A stretch of DNA of 64,000 nucleotides, from contig JAAOMT010000620.1 of the NCBI GenBank assembly GCA_016748015.1, positions 551,684 to 615,683 of the forward strand, in the 5' to 3' direction. Shown piece after piece: positions 11,421-23,944 of the stretch (within the stretch, counting starts at the first letter, position 1; each line of letters opens with the position of its first letter). The notes under the pieces were generated by a model. It was not told the DNA's origin. It worked only from the letters and a program-made list of their open reading frames with translations, and ran no database searches. The translations under genes were made by a program, and so were the position numbers. This stretch comes from Geosiphon pyriformis uo1 (Eukaryota > Fungi > Glomeromycota).

Positions 11421-13220
11421 ATGAAGAAAACCATTAAAGCTTCTAGTTCTAAAAGTGGTTTCAAGGCTGTTGCATCAAGGAAGAAAAGAAAGAGTAGTGT
11501 GTTGAAAGAGAGTATTGATAATAAAAGGGTTGCTGCCAAAGCTCTCAGCGCTTGTTCATGGAGTTCTGAAACTGGTGACACTATGAAATCTGAGAGTATA
11601 GACATGGAGGAAGAATGCTTGATTGAAGAAACCAGTATAGATTATGATGATAGTGGTACTTTCACGGAAGGGAATCCTGATCAAACACCAAAAGGTTTGC
11701 ATGTGAAGACCAAGAAAGTATTAGGAAAGCCACTGGGTGTGATTGATTATGATACTGTCGATACAGAAGATGATGTGTTGGATGATTCTCTTTTTCTCCC
11801 ACCTTTTCTTCTGGCCAAACTGTCTGTTCAAGTGTCTGTTCACAAATTCTTTGCTTTAGATATTGATCTAGTGGTGGTGGCTGGAAAATCTTCTCATGAG
11901 AAAGTCAATTTTGTCAGAAGAATCTTTTCAGGAGTAAATGGTTTTGGGGGGGGCCTCTACCCCCTCAAAATTTGGTGGAATCATCCAGGCATCTTTCACT
12001 TCTAAAAAGGCAATGATGGCAGCTGCACAATTGGCAAATAATCATGGTGTTGTGGTAAACACCAATTTTAAGTGCCCCATTAACAATTGTACAAATTGGG
12101 CAATTGTGTTGAAAGAAATTCCTGTGAAAACTTCCATTGAGGCAGTGCGTGTAGCCATTTCTGAATTTGGGGTTATTAAGTCAATCAAGATGCAGTTGGT
12201 GGGTCTATGGCAAAAGGCGATCATCGAATTGGAGGATCAAATTCAGGCTGATCTCTTGACAGCTGAATGGTCTATCCTTATTGGGAAAGATGCGGTGCGT
12301 GTAGCCCAGGCTGATGTTGACAAACAAACGTGGGATGCCAGAGATGAGTTTAGGGCTTTGCTTTATACTCTCCCCATGGGCACCAATGCTCATGATCTTT
12401 GGGACTTCATTGATTCAGTTGGTGGGAAAACATGTGTTATTGAGTGCAGTTCTGTCAGTTATGTCTGAGCACACTGTGTCACTGTGTGTTTTGATTCTGA
12501 GAGTAGTCTTATTCAGGCGATAGCAAACACTCCTGTTATAAAAGGTGTTGGTCTCTGATGGTCTCGTTTAACTGCTGTACTGTGCTCAATTTGCAAAACT
12601 TCCGGTCATACTTCTCTTGCTTGTTATATTGCTGATGTGTTCTCAAGTCCTAAGAGCAAGAGAGTTCCTCTCTCAGCTCAGGATCAGTTCCATCTGGCAA
12701 AGATATATGAAAAAAATCTGCCTTTGTTTCTCGTCCTTTGGTTTTCAGTGGAAAAACTTGGGCTTTCATGGTTGGTAGACCACTTCTGATAGTGTCTTTT
12801 GGTGGTTTAGCTCAATCTGGTTCCATATCTTATGGTAAATCTCTCCTGACTGTTAATGGTAAATTGGAAGATTATTTGAAAAATATTGAAAGCAGTCTTG
12901 TCAGCCTCATGGGACAAATTGATGAGTTGGCTAAGAGATTGGACTCATTCGTGCCAGCAGTTTCCCAGCCTAGCCCTGGATGTTAGCTGCTGGTGACCCC
13001 CCCATCGCAGAATCAAGTAGAAGATATAGTGATGGGAGTGGATTTGGATGATGCCACTAGTGACAAGACTGCTGCTATTCTTGTTTCAACTGCCTCACCT
13101 GAGGTTGTGAAATTGGAAAACATGTTGGAAGGTCTCTCTGGTTTGGTCATGAGCCTATCAGCGCACTTGGACAGTTTGGCTTTGGCAGGTGGTGCTCTTT
13201 TTCTCCCTCTTTCTCAATAA
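11421..13220 (+). pseudogene. LINE ORF1
   Basis: Fragmented ORFs 11421-12005, 11938-12468, 12738-12986 and 12993-13220; degenerate knuckle CSICKTSGHTSLAC near 12580. Confidence 0.85.
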
Positions 13221-16200
13221 ATGGTCTGGTATGGAAAATTGCTACATGTAATGTTCATGGGTTGAACAATCCTGTGAAGCAAGATGATATCATTCGTTAG
13301 CACAAGGATATGAACAATTTGGTTTTTATTTTTACAGAGTCGAAGCTTAAAGGGAAAATTCATCCATGGTTGGCCAACAAATTTGATGGTGTTCAGGTTT
13401 TTACTTCTGGTTTGGATTCTGGTTCTTCAGATGCTGAGATGTTAATTGTCATGAATTCTTCTTTAGCAAAGCATGTTTGTAAGATCTCTGAGGTGTCTGG
13501 TCGGCTCCTATTTATCAAGTTGCTTTTCAAAAATAAACTTTCAGTGTCTATTTTGGGGCTCTATGCTGGTGCTTCATTGGTGGCTCGGTTTTTTTAGGCT
13601 AGTAAGATCAACTTTTTCATTGCTAAAGCCATTAATGAGTCTTTTTTTGTTATTCTTGGTGGTGATTTTAATAAGGATAGTTCACACAAATGTGCCAGCT
13701 TCAAAAAATGTTTTGATTTGGGTTTAATTAACTTTCTGGAGGGGAGCTCTTTTGTAAAGTCACCTACTTGGTACAATTCTTATGGTATCACTAAGACAAT
13801 TGATTACGTGTTTGTTTCTTCTAATTTGGTTGGTGCAGTGGTGGATTGTGGTGTGGATGACATTGAGGAATATTTTAATACCAATCACAAGGCCATTTAT
13901 GTTTCTGTGGGACTGGGTGGCCTGCTCGATGTTCAGCTGAATTCACTGCACAAATAAGCTAATAGAGATTTTTGGAAGTATGATATTAAAAATGCCAGTA
14001 AGATTAGGTGGTCAGAATTCAGGAATGCTATGGCTGCTAATACTGTTATGTTCTCAGATGAGTTTGTTGTAACTAAGCAGTTTTCTGACCTGGATGCAAT
14101 ATAGGACATTGTTCATAAGGTTATGATTCTTTCAGCTGGTAAAACGTTCAAGAAAAAATGGTTTAAGGATTTTGATTGTGTTTTTAATAAGGTATCTTTC
14201 TGGTTTCATAGACTGGAGCTACTTGTGTCTAAACTGGTAAAGGCTTCTTGGTTGGTTTCCGGCAAGAATTTTGCCTTGTTGTTGGATACTTGAAACAGAC
14301 TTGATTCTGTGGATGCTTTATCAGTAAAAGCTCTGTTTCTTTCTGGCACTGGTTTTGATGCAATCCATTCTGGGCTGGCTAAAGTAAGGAAGTCTTACCA
14401 CTCTTCTAAGTTATTGGAATCTAAGCATGCTAAAGAATCTCGTATAAGGCAGGCTATTGAGAAGAGAATGGAGAGTTTTGAGGTGGATAAGGGTCACACA
14501 ATTAGAAATGTTTTGGAGCATCTTTTTCATAAAGTGGTGTTGGATCATTTGGTAGATGGTGGGGAGTTGGTCTTGGAGCCTGATTTGGTTAAATCTAAGG
14601 TGGATGAAATCATGGAGGGTTGGACTAGAAAACGTGTGGTGGCTTCTGATATCTCTGGTGATTGGGCAAGACAGTTTCGGCCTTTGGTGTCTTCGATGGT
14701 GCCTTCTCTGATGTAATGCATTCAATCGGTTTTGATAAAATGTTTGGTGTTATTTCAAATTTGCCCGATGGAAAAGCGGCTGGTTTTTCTGGTATCACTA
14801 ATGAACTTTGGAAACACTGTGACAAGTCGGTCTTGGATATGCTTTTGGTGCTCTTGAATTTTTGTTTGGATTGTGAGTCAGTGTCTGGACCTTGGAGGGA
14901 AGCCTAGGTCTCAATGATCCCTAAACCTTACAAATGGGAAAGAGTTCTTACAAATACCCACCCTATTGCTTTAATTGAAACAGCTCGCAAGGTCTTTTCC
15001 AAGATTCTTTCAAATTGGATCTCTATGGCTTATAGCACTTTTGATGTCCTCTGCAGGGACAATTTCTCTGTCCTGAAAGGTATGTCTACTCATTCACCTA
15101 TCTTTGCTATTGGTTCAGTAATCAAAAATACTTTGGAAAAGGACTGAGAGTTGTGGCTGGTTTTACAGGATATGTGCAAAGCCTATGATTCTGTTGGTTG
15201 GAAGCATCTCAAGAGGAGTTTGATCAGGGTCAAAATGTGTGACAAATTTATCAGATTTTTTGGTAGCATTCATAATGGTCGTACTAACAGAGTGATAACA
15301 GATTTTGGTTTGACTAATAGATATTATGTTTATGATGAATTGGATCAAAGGGAGGTTTTTTCACTACTTCTCTGGCACATATTTTATGACTTGCTTTTGT
15401 GTGAGGTTAAGAGACAGGAGAGCATTTGTGGTTACAGGTTGATTTCTCATTTCATTTCTAAGACTGGCCAGGTGAAATCTTAAGCTGGACTGACATTGTT
15501 TCTGGTTGCTGGTGCTTTTGTTGATAATACTATCTGGGTCGGTAGCAGCCAAGCTGCTACACAACATATCCTCAATGTTGCTAGTAAGTTCTTTTGTTTA
15601 AATGACATTTCGATAAACAATGACAAGACTGTGGCCATTCCTATTAACTGTCAGGTCACTGCTTCTTACTTAACTATTGGTGGTATGCCAATTTCCATCG
15701 CTAAAAGAGGTAAACCTTATTGTTATTTGGGTATTTTTTTATCTTTTGATGGTCTTTTGAAGCCTAGCTTGGTTAAGGCACATTCAGATGTTTGGTTTTT
15801 TGTCAATCTCATTTTGAGAAAAGTTATTTCGGATAAACAGTTTGCTTATTTGGTGTCTTCAGTTCTCTTTCCTATCGTCAGCTATAGAACTCAGTTCAGT
15901 TTTATTCCTTTCAGTGTGTGTAATAAATGGGACGCTTTGATTCACAAGGGCCTAAAATCTAAATCTGGGCTGCCTCTGGACTTTCCCAATGATGCACTTC
16001 ATCATCTTTCCTTGTATAATTTAAAGACTTTTGAGCAAATTCAGGCTGAAAGCAAGTTGGCTTCTGTTATTGCTTTTGTGAATTCAGATGGTGTTTTGGA
16101 TCACTTGTTTTCTTATAGGTCTCATGATTTCCAGATTCTCAGCTGGCATCCTCGTTACCCTTTATTGTTTCCTGTTCATGTTAAAGTCAGCCCTTTAAAC

Positions 16201-17037
16201 AACTTTTTGGCAGGTGTGGTTCATATTTTTTCTGGGTGTAATTTGTCTTTGGATGGCTCTCTGGCTGGTGCTTTTTGTCTTCAGTGTGGTACTTCTATGT
16301 CTTTGGTACTCAGTAAGACAATTTTCTCCAAATGTGTTTCCTTCCTTAGGCATTATGGTATTGCTTTCATAGACCAGCTTTGTGACCAGAATGGCGTTGT
16401 TTTTGACTGGAAAACTTTCAAGTGTTAGAAAAGGCTGAACTCTCGTGGCCCAGTCCCCTTCTGGTTTAATCTCTTTGTGCATTTTCTTAGTGGTGTAGCT
16501 TCTCCTTTCAGTTGTTTTCCTTATAAAGGTGTTGGTGGTTCTTCTGACATCCATCAGTCTCTTGGTTCTGGTGTTATTTGTAATAATCTGTTAAGTGTAG
16601 GTGCAATAATCTGTTAAGTGTAGGTGCCACCCGTCTTTCTGTGTACACAGATGGGTCTCTGAGTAACTTGGGCACTGTTGACATGTTAGCTAGTACTGCG
16701 GTTTTCTTTGAGGACATTGATTCAGATCTGGATGTGGGGGTTTCTGGTTTGGTTTCTTCTACTTTGGCAGAGTTGTAGACCATTGCTTTAGCTCTGGAGT
16801 GTGTTCCTTCTTTTTGTTCAGTGTTACCAGACAAAATTAGAGATATCATTTAGCATGAAATTATCTCATAATTCCTATCATTAATTAGCATATATTATTG
16901 TTTCAAATTATCACTTATTACATTAGCAAAGAATGTCCGAAATTATCATTTAATTAATAACCCAAATTGTATACAATACAAATGTAACCTAATTGCGATG
17001 ATCAATCATGCAATACTCCAAACTATGTAACATTCAA

Positions 17038-17152
17038 AAGTTCGCTGAAATTTATAGAAATTTGCCAAAATAATGGATAGTTCACCGAAATATTTAATAG
17101 TTTGCAGAAATAACTTGTAGTTTGCCGAAATGTATCTTTAGTTTAGCAAAAT
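17038..17152 (+). repeat. LTR U3 array of six (TAG)TTCGCCGAAAT-like units, 20-21 bp period
   Basis: Cores at 17041, 17061, 17081, 17101, 17121 and 17142; present in all LTR copies of the family. Confidence 0.88.
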
Positions 17153-17202
17153 TGTAGAAAATAGCAAAGTTCAAGTTCATAGAATAGTGTTACAACAAGT
17201 TG

Positions 17203-17210
17203 TATAAAAG
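17203..17210 (+). promoter_or_regulatory. Putative LTR TATA box (TATAAAAG)
   Basis: TATAAAA is conserved in all A/B LTRs, lies about 50 bp downstream of the array, and is followed by AATAAA near 17288. Confidence 0.6.
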
Positions 17211-20200
17211 AAGAGCTTCTCTCTTCGAGAAAATGTATCTTACTTTAGATTTATCTTTTAAAAACTGTTCCTATACACACAAAAAGAAATAAATATCAAA
17301 TAATTTGAAAAACTAAATTCTTTAATTATTGTACTTGGAAAATCTCTAAAACCCAACTAACATTTTGAAATTGATTAGCTACCAATTTCAGTAAACTGTT
17401 AGTGACTCCAGGCCTGGATAGAAAATGTTTCTCTTGATAAAATCCTATTTTTTTTACACTTCTTTTATTTTTTATTTTTTTTCTTTTCTTATTACAATCA
17501 TTAGGATAGCCTACAGACGAGATTCCTGTAGAAGAGTTGACTTTCACAGCAAAGTAACTACACATTTTTAGTGAGCTTCCAGATGAGCAATTCCTGGGAA
17601 AGAGTTGACGTTTACTACAACGTAACTACATAAAGCAATTGGCACGGAATTGGCCATTTCACTCATAAGCCCAGCAAGTTCAAATTATAGGAGATAATTT
17701 GAAGTTAAAAATTCAGTTACTGGAGGTTCAACCACATCCAGAAAACGTAAATTCACAGCAAATAAGTATCAACAACATTACAGAAAAGAGACCAAAAACC
17801 TCCAGTAACATCAGTTAACTTGTTCTTGGAAAGCCAGATGGCTATCAATGCTTGCAGATTGGAGTCTTTATCAGTTGGTCTTGATTTCAGAAATTGTTGT
17901 TGGATTGAGTGTCATCACATTGCCAATGTTATTCATCGTAAAAATTTGAATATTAATTGGATTAAGGTTAAGGGCCATTCGGATGTTTCAAGCAACAAGC
18001 ATGCTGATGTGCTGGCTAAGAATGCTGCCCTTTCTGCCTGGCACCTGTCCCACTTGGTCAGTGAAAGATTTTTAAAGACTGGTATTAATATGGTTTCTAG
18101 TAATTCGAGGCATTTTATTTGTGATGTATTCAGGTCAATCCATCATGTGTATTGGAAGATTGGTTCTGGTTCCCAGTTTGTTCTAGATTGTTTGCGTGCT
18201 GATATTGACTGGCTGAGGTCTTCTCTGATGTGACACCCAGATTTCCACATGGCAATTGGTTTTACTAATATTCGGACAGCTGGCTTTCATACATATTTCA
18301 TGAAAGCCCTTCATCATTACTTTTCTGTTGCTATACGAAAGCGTCTGTATGATAAGGGTTATCCCAGTGTAGTTTGTTTGTTCTGTGGTGAGGTTGAAGT
18401 CTCAGACCATGTCTTTTCTTGCTCTTCTGATGTTGATAGTTGTACCAATTTGTTGAACACTTATGCAGCATTTTAGATGTGACTGTCAGTATGGCTCTGT
18501 GTAAGAGCTTTGTTTTCAGCAATTGGTATCAAGAGTCTGTTTTTGTTTACAAGAATCCTAAGATAGCAGTAGTTAATATTGTGAATTTTGTGCATAAATT
18601 TTGTCTTGCATTTTGTGATAATATCTAGCTGGTCTGTGTGAAACACCAGGCCATTATGGAGAAAAATAAGCTGATTCCATGTAATGATTTCATTCCTGTC
18701 ACTGTTTCTGGTTTTTCTACGCGGCTTTCAGCTGGGGTGATTAAGTTGTTGAGTGTTGCTGATGCACTTGGTATCAATTTTGGGTATTGTAAGTGTTGTT
18801 TGTTTTATGCAGGTGTTGAAAGCATGACATCTGTTCACATAAGTACATAGTGTTGTTTTAACTAGTCTGAGTATCTGGTCATGTATAGCAAAGGCATAAT
18901 TCATGCCTAGTTTAGATTATTTGTATGATGTATAGCACTAGGTAGCATTTGGACTCTACTCATTAAACTTTAATAAAAAAAAAAATTTTAAATTATATTT
19001 ATATTATAATTTTTTGTATATTTATTATTTTTATTTTAAATTATGTATTTATTAATAACTTTTATATATTTATTATTAATTTTTCAAGTTTTATTATTTA
19101 TTTTAATAATTATTAATTTTTATTAAGGTTTTTTAATTTGTTAAGATTTTTTTATATTTAATTTAAAATAATAATTAAATTGTACTATATTTTTTTATTT
19201 GATATAAATTTTTTTTGCATAATTTTTAAACATAAAAATCTATTAATAATATTATGTAGTTAAAAAACCAATTTGTTAATTTTAAAAACAATATAACCAG
19301 AAAAAAAAATTTCAATTTGGTTTTAAATATATATTTTAAAATAATGGTTTTTTTTAATAAAAACTAATTAATAAATCAAATTCTTAAAATTAAGTAATTA
19401 TAATTATATGTAAAAACAAAATTTTTTTTAAAATTAATAAAAATCAATTAAAATTTACTATATTAAACAATATAATTATGTATTAATTAAGATTAACTTT
19501 AATAAATATGTTTATACTACTATTATTTAAATAGAAAAAAAGATTTTTGTTTATAATTAAATTTAAATTAAATATTATAATTAATATAATTACAATAAAA
19601 TTAGGTTAAATATTAAAAAAAACAAAAAATCAATATCATATTTTTTATAAAAGAAAAAACAAACTTTAAAATAGAAACAGTATTTTAAAATAATTTTTTT
19701 TTTGGTATTTTAAAAAAATTAATAACAACAATAATAATAATAATAATAATAATTTTTTTTTGTTTTTTAACTTTTTTGTTTATTTAAACAAATATAAAAA
19801 AAGTGATAAAAAAAAATAATTTTATTATTAATTTACTATTAAAAATTTTTAAATTCTTTATAATAATAATAATTACATTAAAATTAATTTTAATTAATTA
19901 CTTAAAAAAAATCTTATTTTAAAAAAATTTTCTTAAATATTAAAACTAAAAAAAATAATATCAAAAATTAAAGTTGTAATTGTTTTATTTTTTGTTTTAA
20001 TTGTAATTATAAAAATAAAAAAAATAAAAAATTTTCAATTTATAATATTTTATATTAAAATTTAATATTTAAATTAAAAAATACACAAATAAATTAAAAA
20101 TATTCAAATTAAAAATATATTTATTAATAATAATTTATATATACAAATAAAAAATAATAATAAATTCAAAATTTTAATTGTTTATAATATATAATTAATT

Positions 20201-20258
20201 TTATAATTAAATATTTTTATTTTTTGGTTATTTATTTTATTTATTAATAATAATATGT

Positions 20259-21291
20259 GGTGTATCAGGGAATGATCGAGCCGACAGCATCACTGACACT
20301 GTGACTCTCTATAATTGGTCTCTCTCTTTTCGTGTTGATGAACATTTTTTGTTGGTGGATAATGGTATTGTGTCTAGTAATTCTAGACATTTTGTTCAAG
20401 ACGTTTTTTGTGCTGTTTGTCGGGCACGTTAGAAGGTCGGCTCCGGTTCTAAGTTTCTACCTAGAAACTTGCACTTGGATGTTGATTGGCCTAGCTCTTC
20501 CAGGGTTTGGCATCCTGAGTCGCATATGACAGCAGGTTTCACTAGCAGGCACACTGCTGATGTTTGTATTTACTTAATGAAGGCTTTGTACTATCAGCTT
20601 CCCGTGGCTGTTCGAAAGTGCATTTATAATAGATGTTACCCAAGTGTTTTGTGTCTGTATTGTGGTGAGGTGGAGGTATCTGATCATGTGTTTTCTTGTG
20701 TAATTGATAATTCAGCTCGTCGTTGGGTTTTGGAATCCTGTATGTTTTCTTGGAAGGCAATTTCTGGTCTTTTCATCTCTTCTTCTAATGTATTGCAGCT
20801 GTTGTTGATCTGTACTTCAGATTTCCTGGTGTTCTCAGCTCTTTACAAGAGTTTTGTTTTCAGAGGATGGTTTCGGGAGGCTGTTTCCGTCTTCTATGAT
20901 CTCAAGGTCATTGACATCAAGATTACTGATTTTGTATGCTTTCTTAGTGTCACTTTCAGGAATAACATTTGGTTGGTTTATGCCAAGCATTGCGCATACA
21001 TGAAAAAGAATGGCCTGATTTTGGTGGATGGCTCAATTCCTGTCTCAATTTCTGATTTGGTTTTGAGGTTCTCGGATGGTGGCATCCGTTTTGGTTTTTG
21101 CAAATCTTGTTTGTTTTTCTCAGGTATTGGTGACTTGGTGTCTGTTAATATAGATGTGTAATGTTGTCCTGACTGGCTCGAGTGGCTGGTCACGTGTAGA
21201 AAGTGCATGATTTGCACTTAGTTTAGATCATTTCTTTGATGTATAATTCTAAGTTGCATTTGAACTTTACTTGTTAAATAATAATAATAAA
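20259..21291 (+). mobile_element. 5'-truncated LINE (RNase H C-terminus, Cys/His motif, 3' tail)
   Basis: ORF 20469-21161 is homologous to about 18200-18850 (CLYCGEVEVSDHVFSC). TSD AATAATATGT at 20249-20258 and 21292-21301. Confidence 0.9.
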
Positions 21292-23408
21292 AATAATATG
21301 TAATTATAACTTTTACAATTTAAAAAACTTATTATTATAATAATTAAAACTGGTATATTATAAAAAAACAGTTTAATAAAAAACTTTTAATTATTAGTGT
21401 TATTACAAATATTAAATATTAAATTATTTGGTTTCAGTTTTGTATTGTATACTATTAATAATTATTAAAAGTTTAAAAAAAAACCTTTTTATTAAAAGTT
21501 TAAATTCCAAATTTGGTTTGTTATAACCAAATTAACCCAATTTTATAATGTAATATGTAAATACACTACGCCCATCTCTTATGAATATCGTCAAGAGCAT
21601 TCTTAAGCATTCGAACCAAATGAAAATGACCTGACGCTCTTTGCATGAAATTATACTTAAAGGGTCCACCATAACTCAATCAACACAAAACTTCGAATTC
21701 CAAATTGATACACAGAAAATCAGCAAAATGGCCAGTTTCCAGTATTTGAACAGGAGCATTCTGCTGCTCAGCAGAAGATACTACTGTAATCTCACCCCTT
21801 GACAAGATATACACTACTGATTTAAGAAAAAATTGACAAAACATACCATTAAAACACTCCCACTCATGACATTGATTATATTCTAGAGCTCATCACGGGT
21901 CGGCTAGCTATAGTTCGCGTCAATTATTACGAAGAAATTCAGTCGATTTGCAACCTTTTGTTTGGTGTAGAAGAAAAGGTAAATTATGTCTTTATGAATT
22001 TAAGAACACCAAGTTCTGATCTCATGTTTTGTACTTTAAATTTCCAAAATCTAGGAAAGATTGGTAACGCACGGCGACAATGGGAAAGTCTTCGAGAGTT
22101 GCAGCCTCCAACACACGATAACCATTTCAGTTATGAAGGTCATTGAAGAAGGAAATTTGGTGGATTGAGTCAACTGTTGGCCCCTTGTAAGCTCATGTTC
22201 ATTGAAATGAATAATTACCTTCCTTGCATTAATTTTACTTGTTTGAAAATTTTTCTTAATTTGAAGCCTAGATGCATTCGAATCTTCCACAATTTGTTAG
22301 TTGATTTCTTGATCATTGACAAAGGTGAAAGATCCAAGATGAAACTATAGACCAAACTGCAGGACAAAATTTTGCTCAATAATGGCTTAAACAGATGTCA
22401 ATAAACTTGCTCGAATTTGATGTCTCGATCAAATGCGTCAGGTAGAAAGAAACCATTATCTCAACAACGTTACCACGCATATCGTTATATTCATATTGCG
22501 GTGTCAATTTCAACTTTCTCTTCACAAACACACAACGCAATGTGCTCATTAAGAAGCAAGAAGCCTTTCCCTTGCAAGCTCATAAAGTAGTTGGGGAGGC
22601 ACAGCGCAGTTCAGGCTGTCTGAATCTGACAAGCACGAGTGACCGATAAGATGAATATATGTCCTGAAAGCTCGACACACTTTTGCCCAACTTCAAACAT
22701 TTTGGAGTAGTGCTTGCTGATAATTGCCCTCATTTTCCAAATCACAGGCAGAGAGCTAGAAATCCAAAATCTTCAAAGTACGGAATCCTAGAATGTAAAT
22801 ATAATTAATGCAATGCTCTAACCTTTGCAATTTCCAGATTCTTCTTCATGTTTGGTGGAGAGTTTAACCGCTTTTTTTCCTTCGATCTACTTCTTCGTCC
22901 GCTTTAACTGGTTTCGCTGGGATGACTCAAACACTAGCTTGGTTAAGTTATTTCAAAAGCATACATTCAGGACAGTTGCACTTCAGTTGAATGAAGACGC
23001 ACTTCCTCAACAAGCCCGCAGCTCAATAAAGTGCAACGACACGACCTTACGCAAGAAGGCTATTATATGTTTAGCCTCACTTAAGTAAGACGAGGACACA
23101 CCCCGCTATTAGAGCACGCAGCCCGCTATAAGTTGGTTCCTGGATGGTTTGCCTCTCGCTAGTTAATACCATAATGATTACAAATTATGCGCGTTTCGGG
23201 GCGAGTGTAAACTGCGAGCAGAAGGGAGATTTTGAGCGCCTCACTAAAGGTTATTACATGCCGGATTGATGGGGTTGGTATATGTCACATTGGCGAAAGT
23301 AGGAGATTGGTGTTGAGCTCAATATTTTAAAAAAAAATTTTTATCCGATTCACTGAGCCACTTCATGTGACGTCATTTTCACTTTTGTTGTACCTTTTGA
23401 ATTTATTG

Positions 23409-23446
23409 TACACACACACGCACACACACACAATATCACTATTCGT

Positions 23447-23478
<32 letters not shown>

Positions 23479-23484
23479 CATTAT
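23409..23484. repeat. (CA)n and (TAT)n microsatellites
   Basis: Direct reading. Confidence 0.9.
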
Positions 23485-23603
23485 AACGATTGAAGGGGGG
23501 TCCATAAAGAAATAGAGTTACGTGATCTAATTGCCCAGTTATTAAAACACTTCAGTAACATATTACTTTTCATATAATCATATTGGTAGGAATACTAGTT
23601 ATC

Positions 23604-23811
<208 letters not shown>

Positions 23812-23944
23812 TCCAATATACTATATAAGAGTATAATACTCAGTAATAAGGACGTTCACCCCAATATACTGGCTTTCTCTCGCTCTTACTAAACCACTCC
23901 TCATCTTCTAACAAAAACGCTTCTATTCAACCCTATTTTACAAA

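Larger units (their letters stand above)
16822..17810 (+). mobile_element. Solo LTR (subtype A) inside the LINE RNase H domain
   Basis: TGTTACCAG...CCAGTAACA; TSD TCAG at 16818-16821 and 17811-17814. Confidence 0.96.
13217..18850 (+). pseudogene. LINE ORF2: AP endonuclease, reverse transcriptase, RNase H, C-terminal Cys/His motif
   Basis: APE: IATCNVHGLN, TESKL, GGDFN, TIDYVF. RT: PIALIE, QDMCKAYDSV, AFVDNT, YLGIF. RNase H: VYTDGS, WIKVKGHS. C-terminal CLFCGEVEVSDHVFSC. Many stops, and a 23-bp tandem duplication at 16582-16627. Confidence 0.93.
11277..18985 (+). mobile_element. Full-length LINE (ORF1 + ORF2 APE-RT-RNase H-Zn), inactivated, with a solo LTR inserted
   Basis: Two-ORF layout and poly-A at 18975-18985. 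Imperfect 15-bp candidate TSD at 11262-11276 and 18984-18998 (2 mismatches). Confidence 0.92.

Noticed and set aside
17038-17152. CRISPR-like repeat-spacer array
   Set aside because: Spacers are only 6-7 nt and are shared between LTR copies; eukaryotic LTR context and no cas genes.
17535-17628. Iron-responsive elements
   Set aside because: The geometry is similar, but the bulge is G rather than C and the loops are not CAGUGN.
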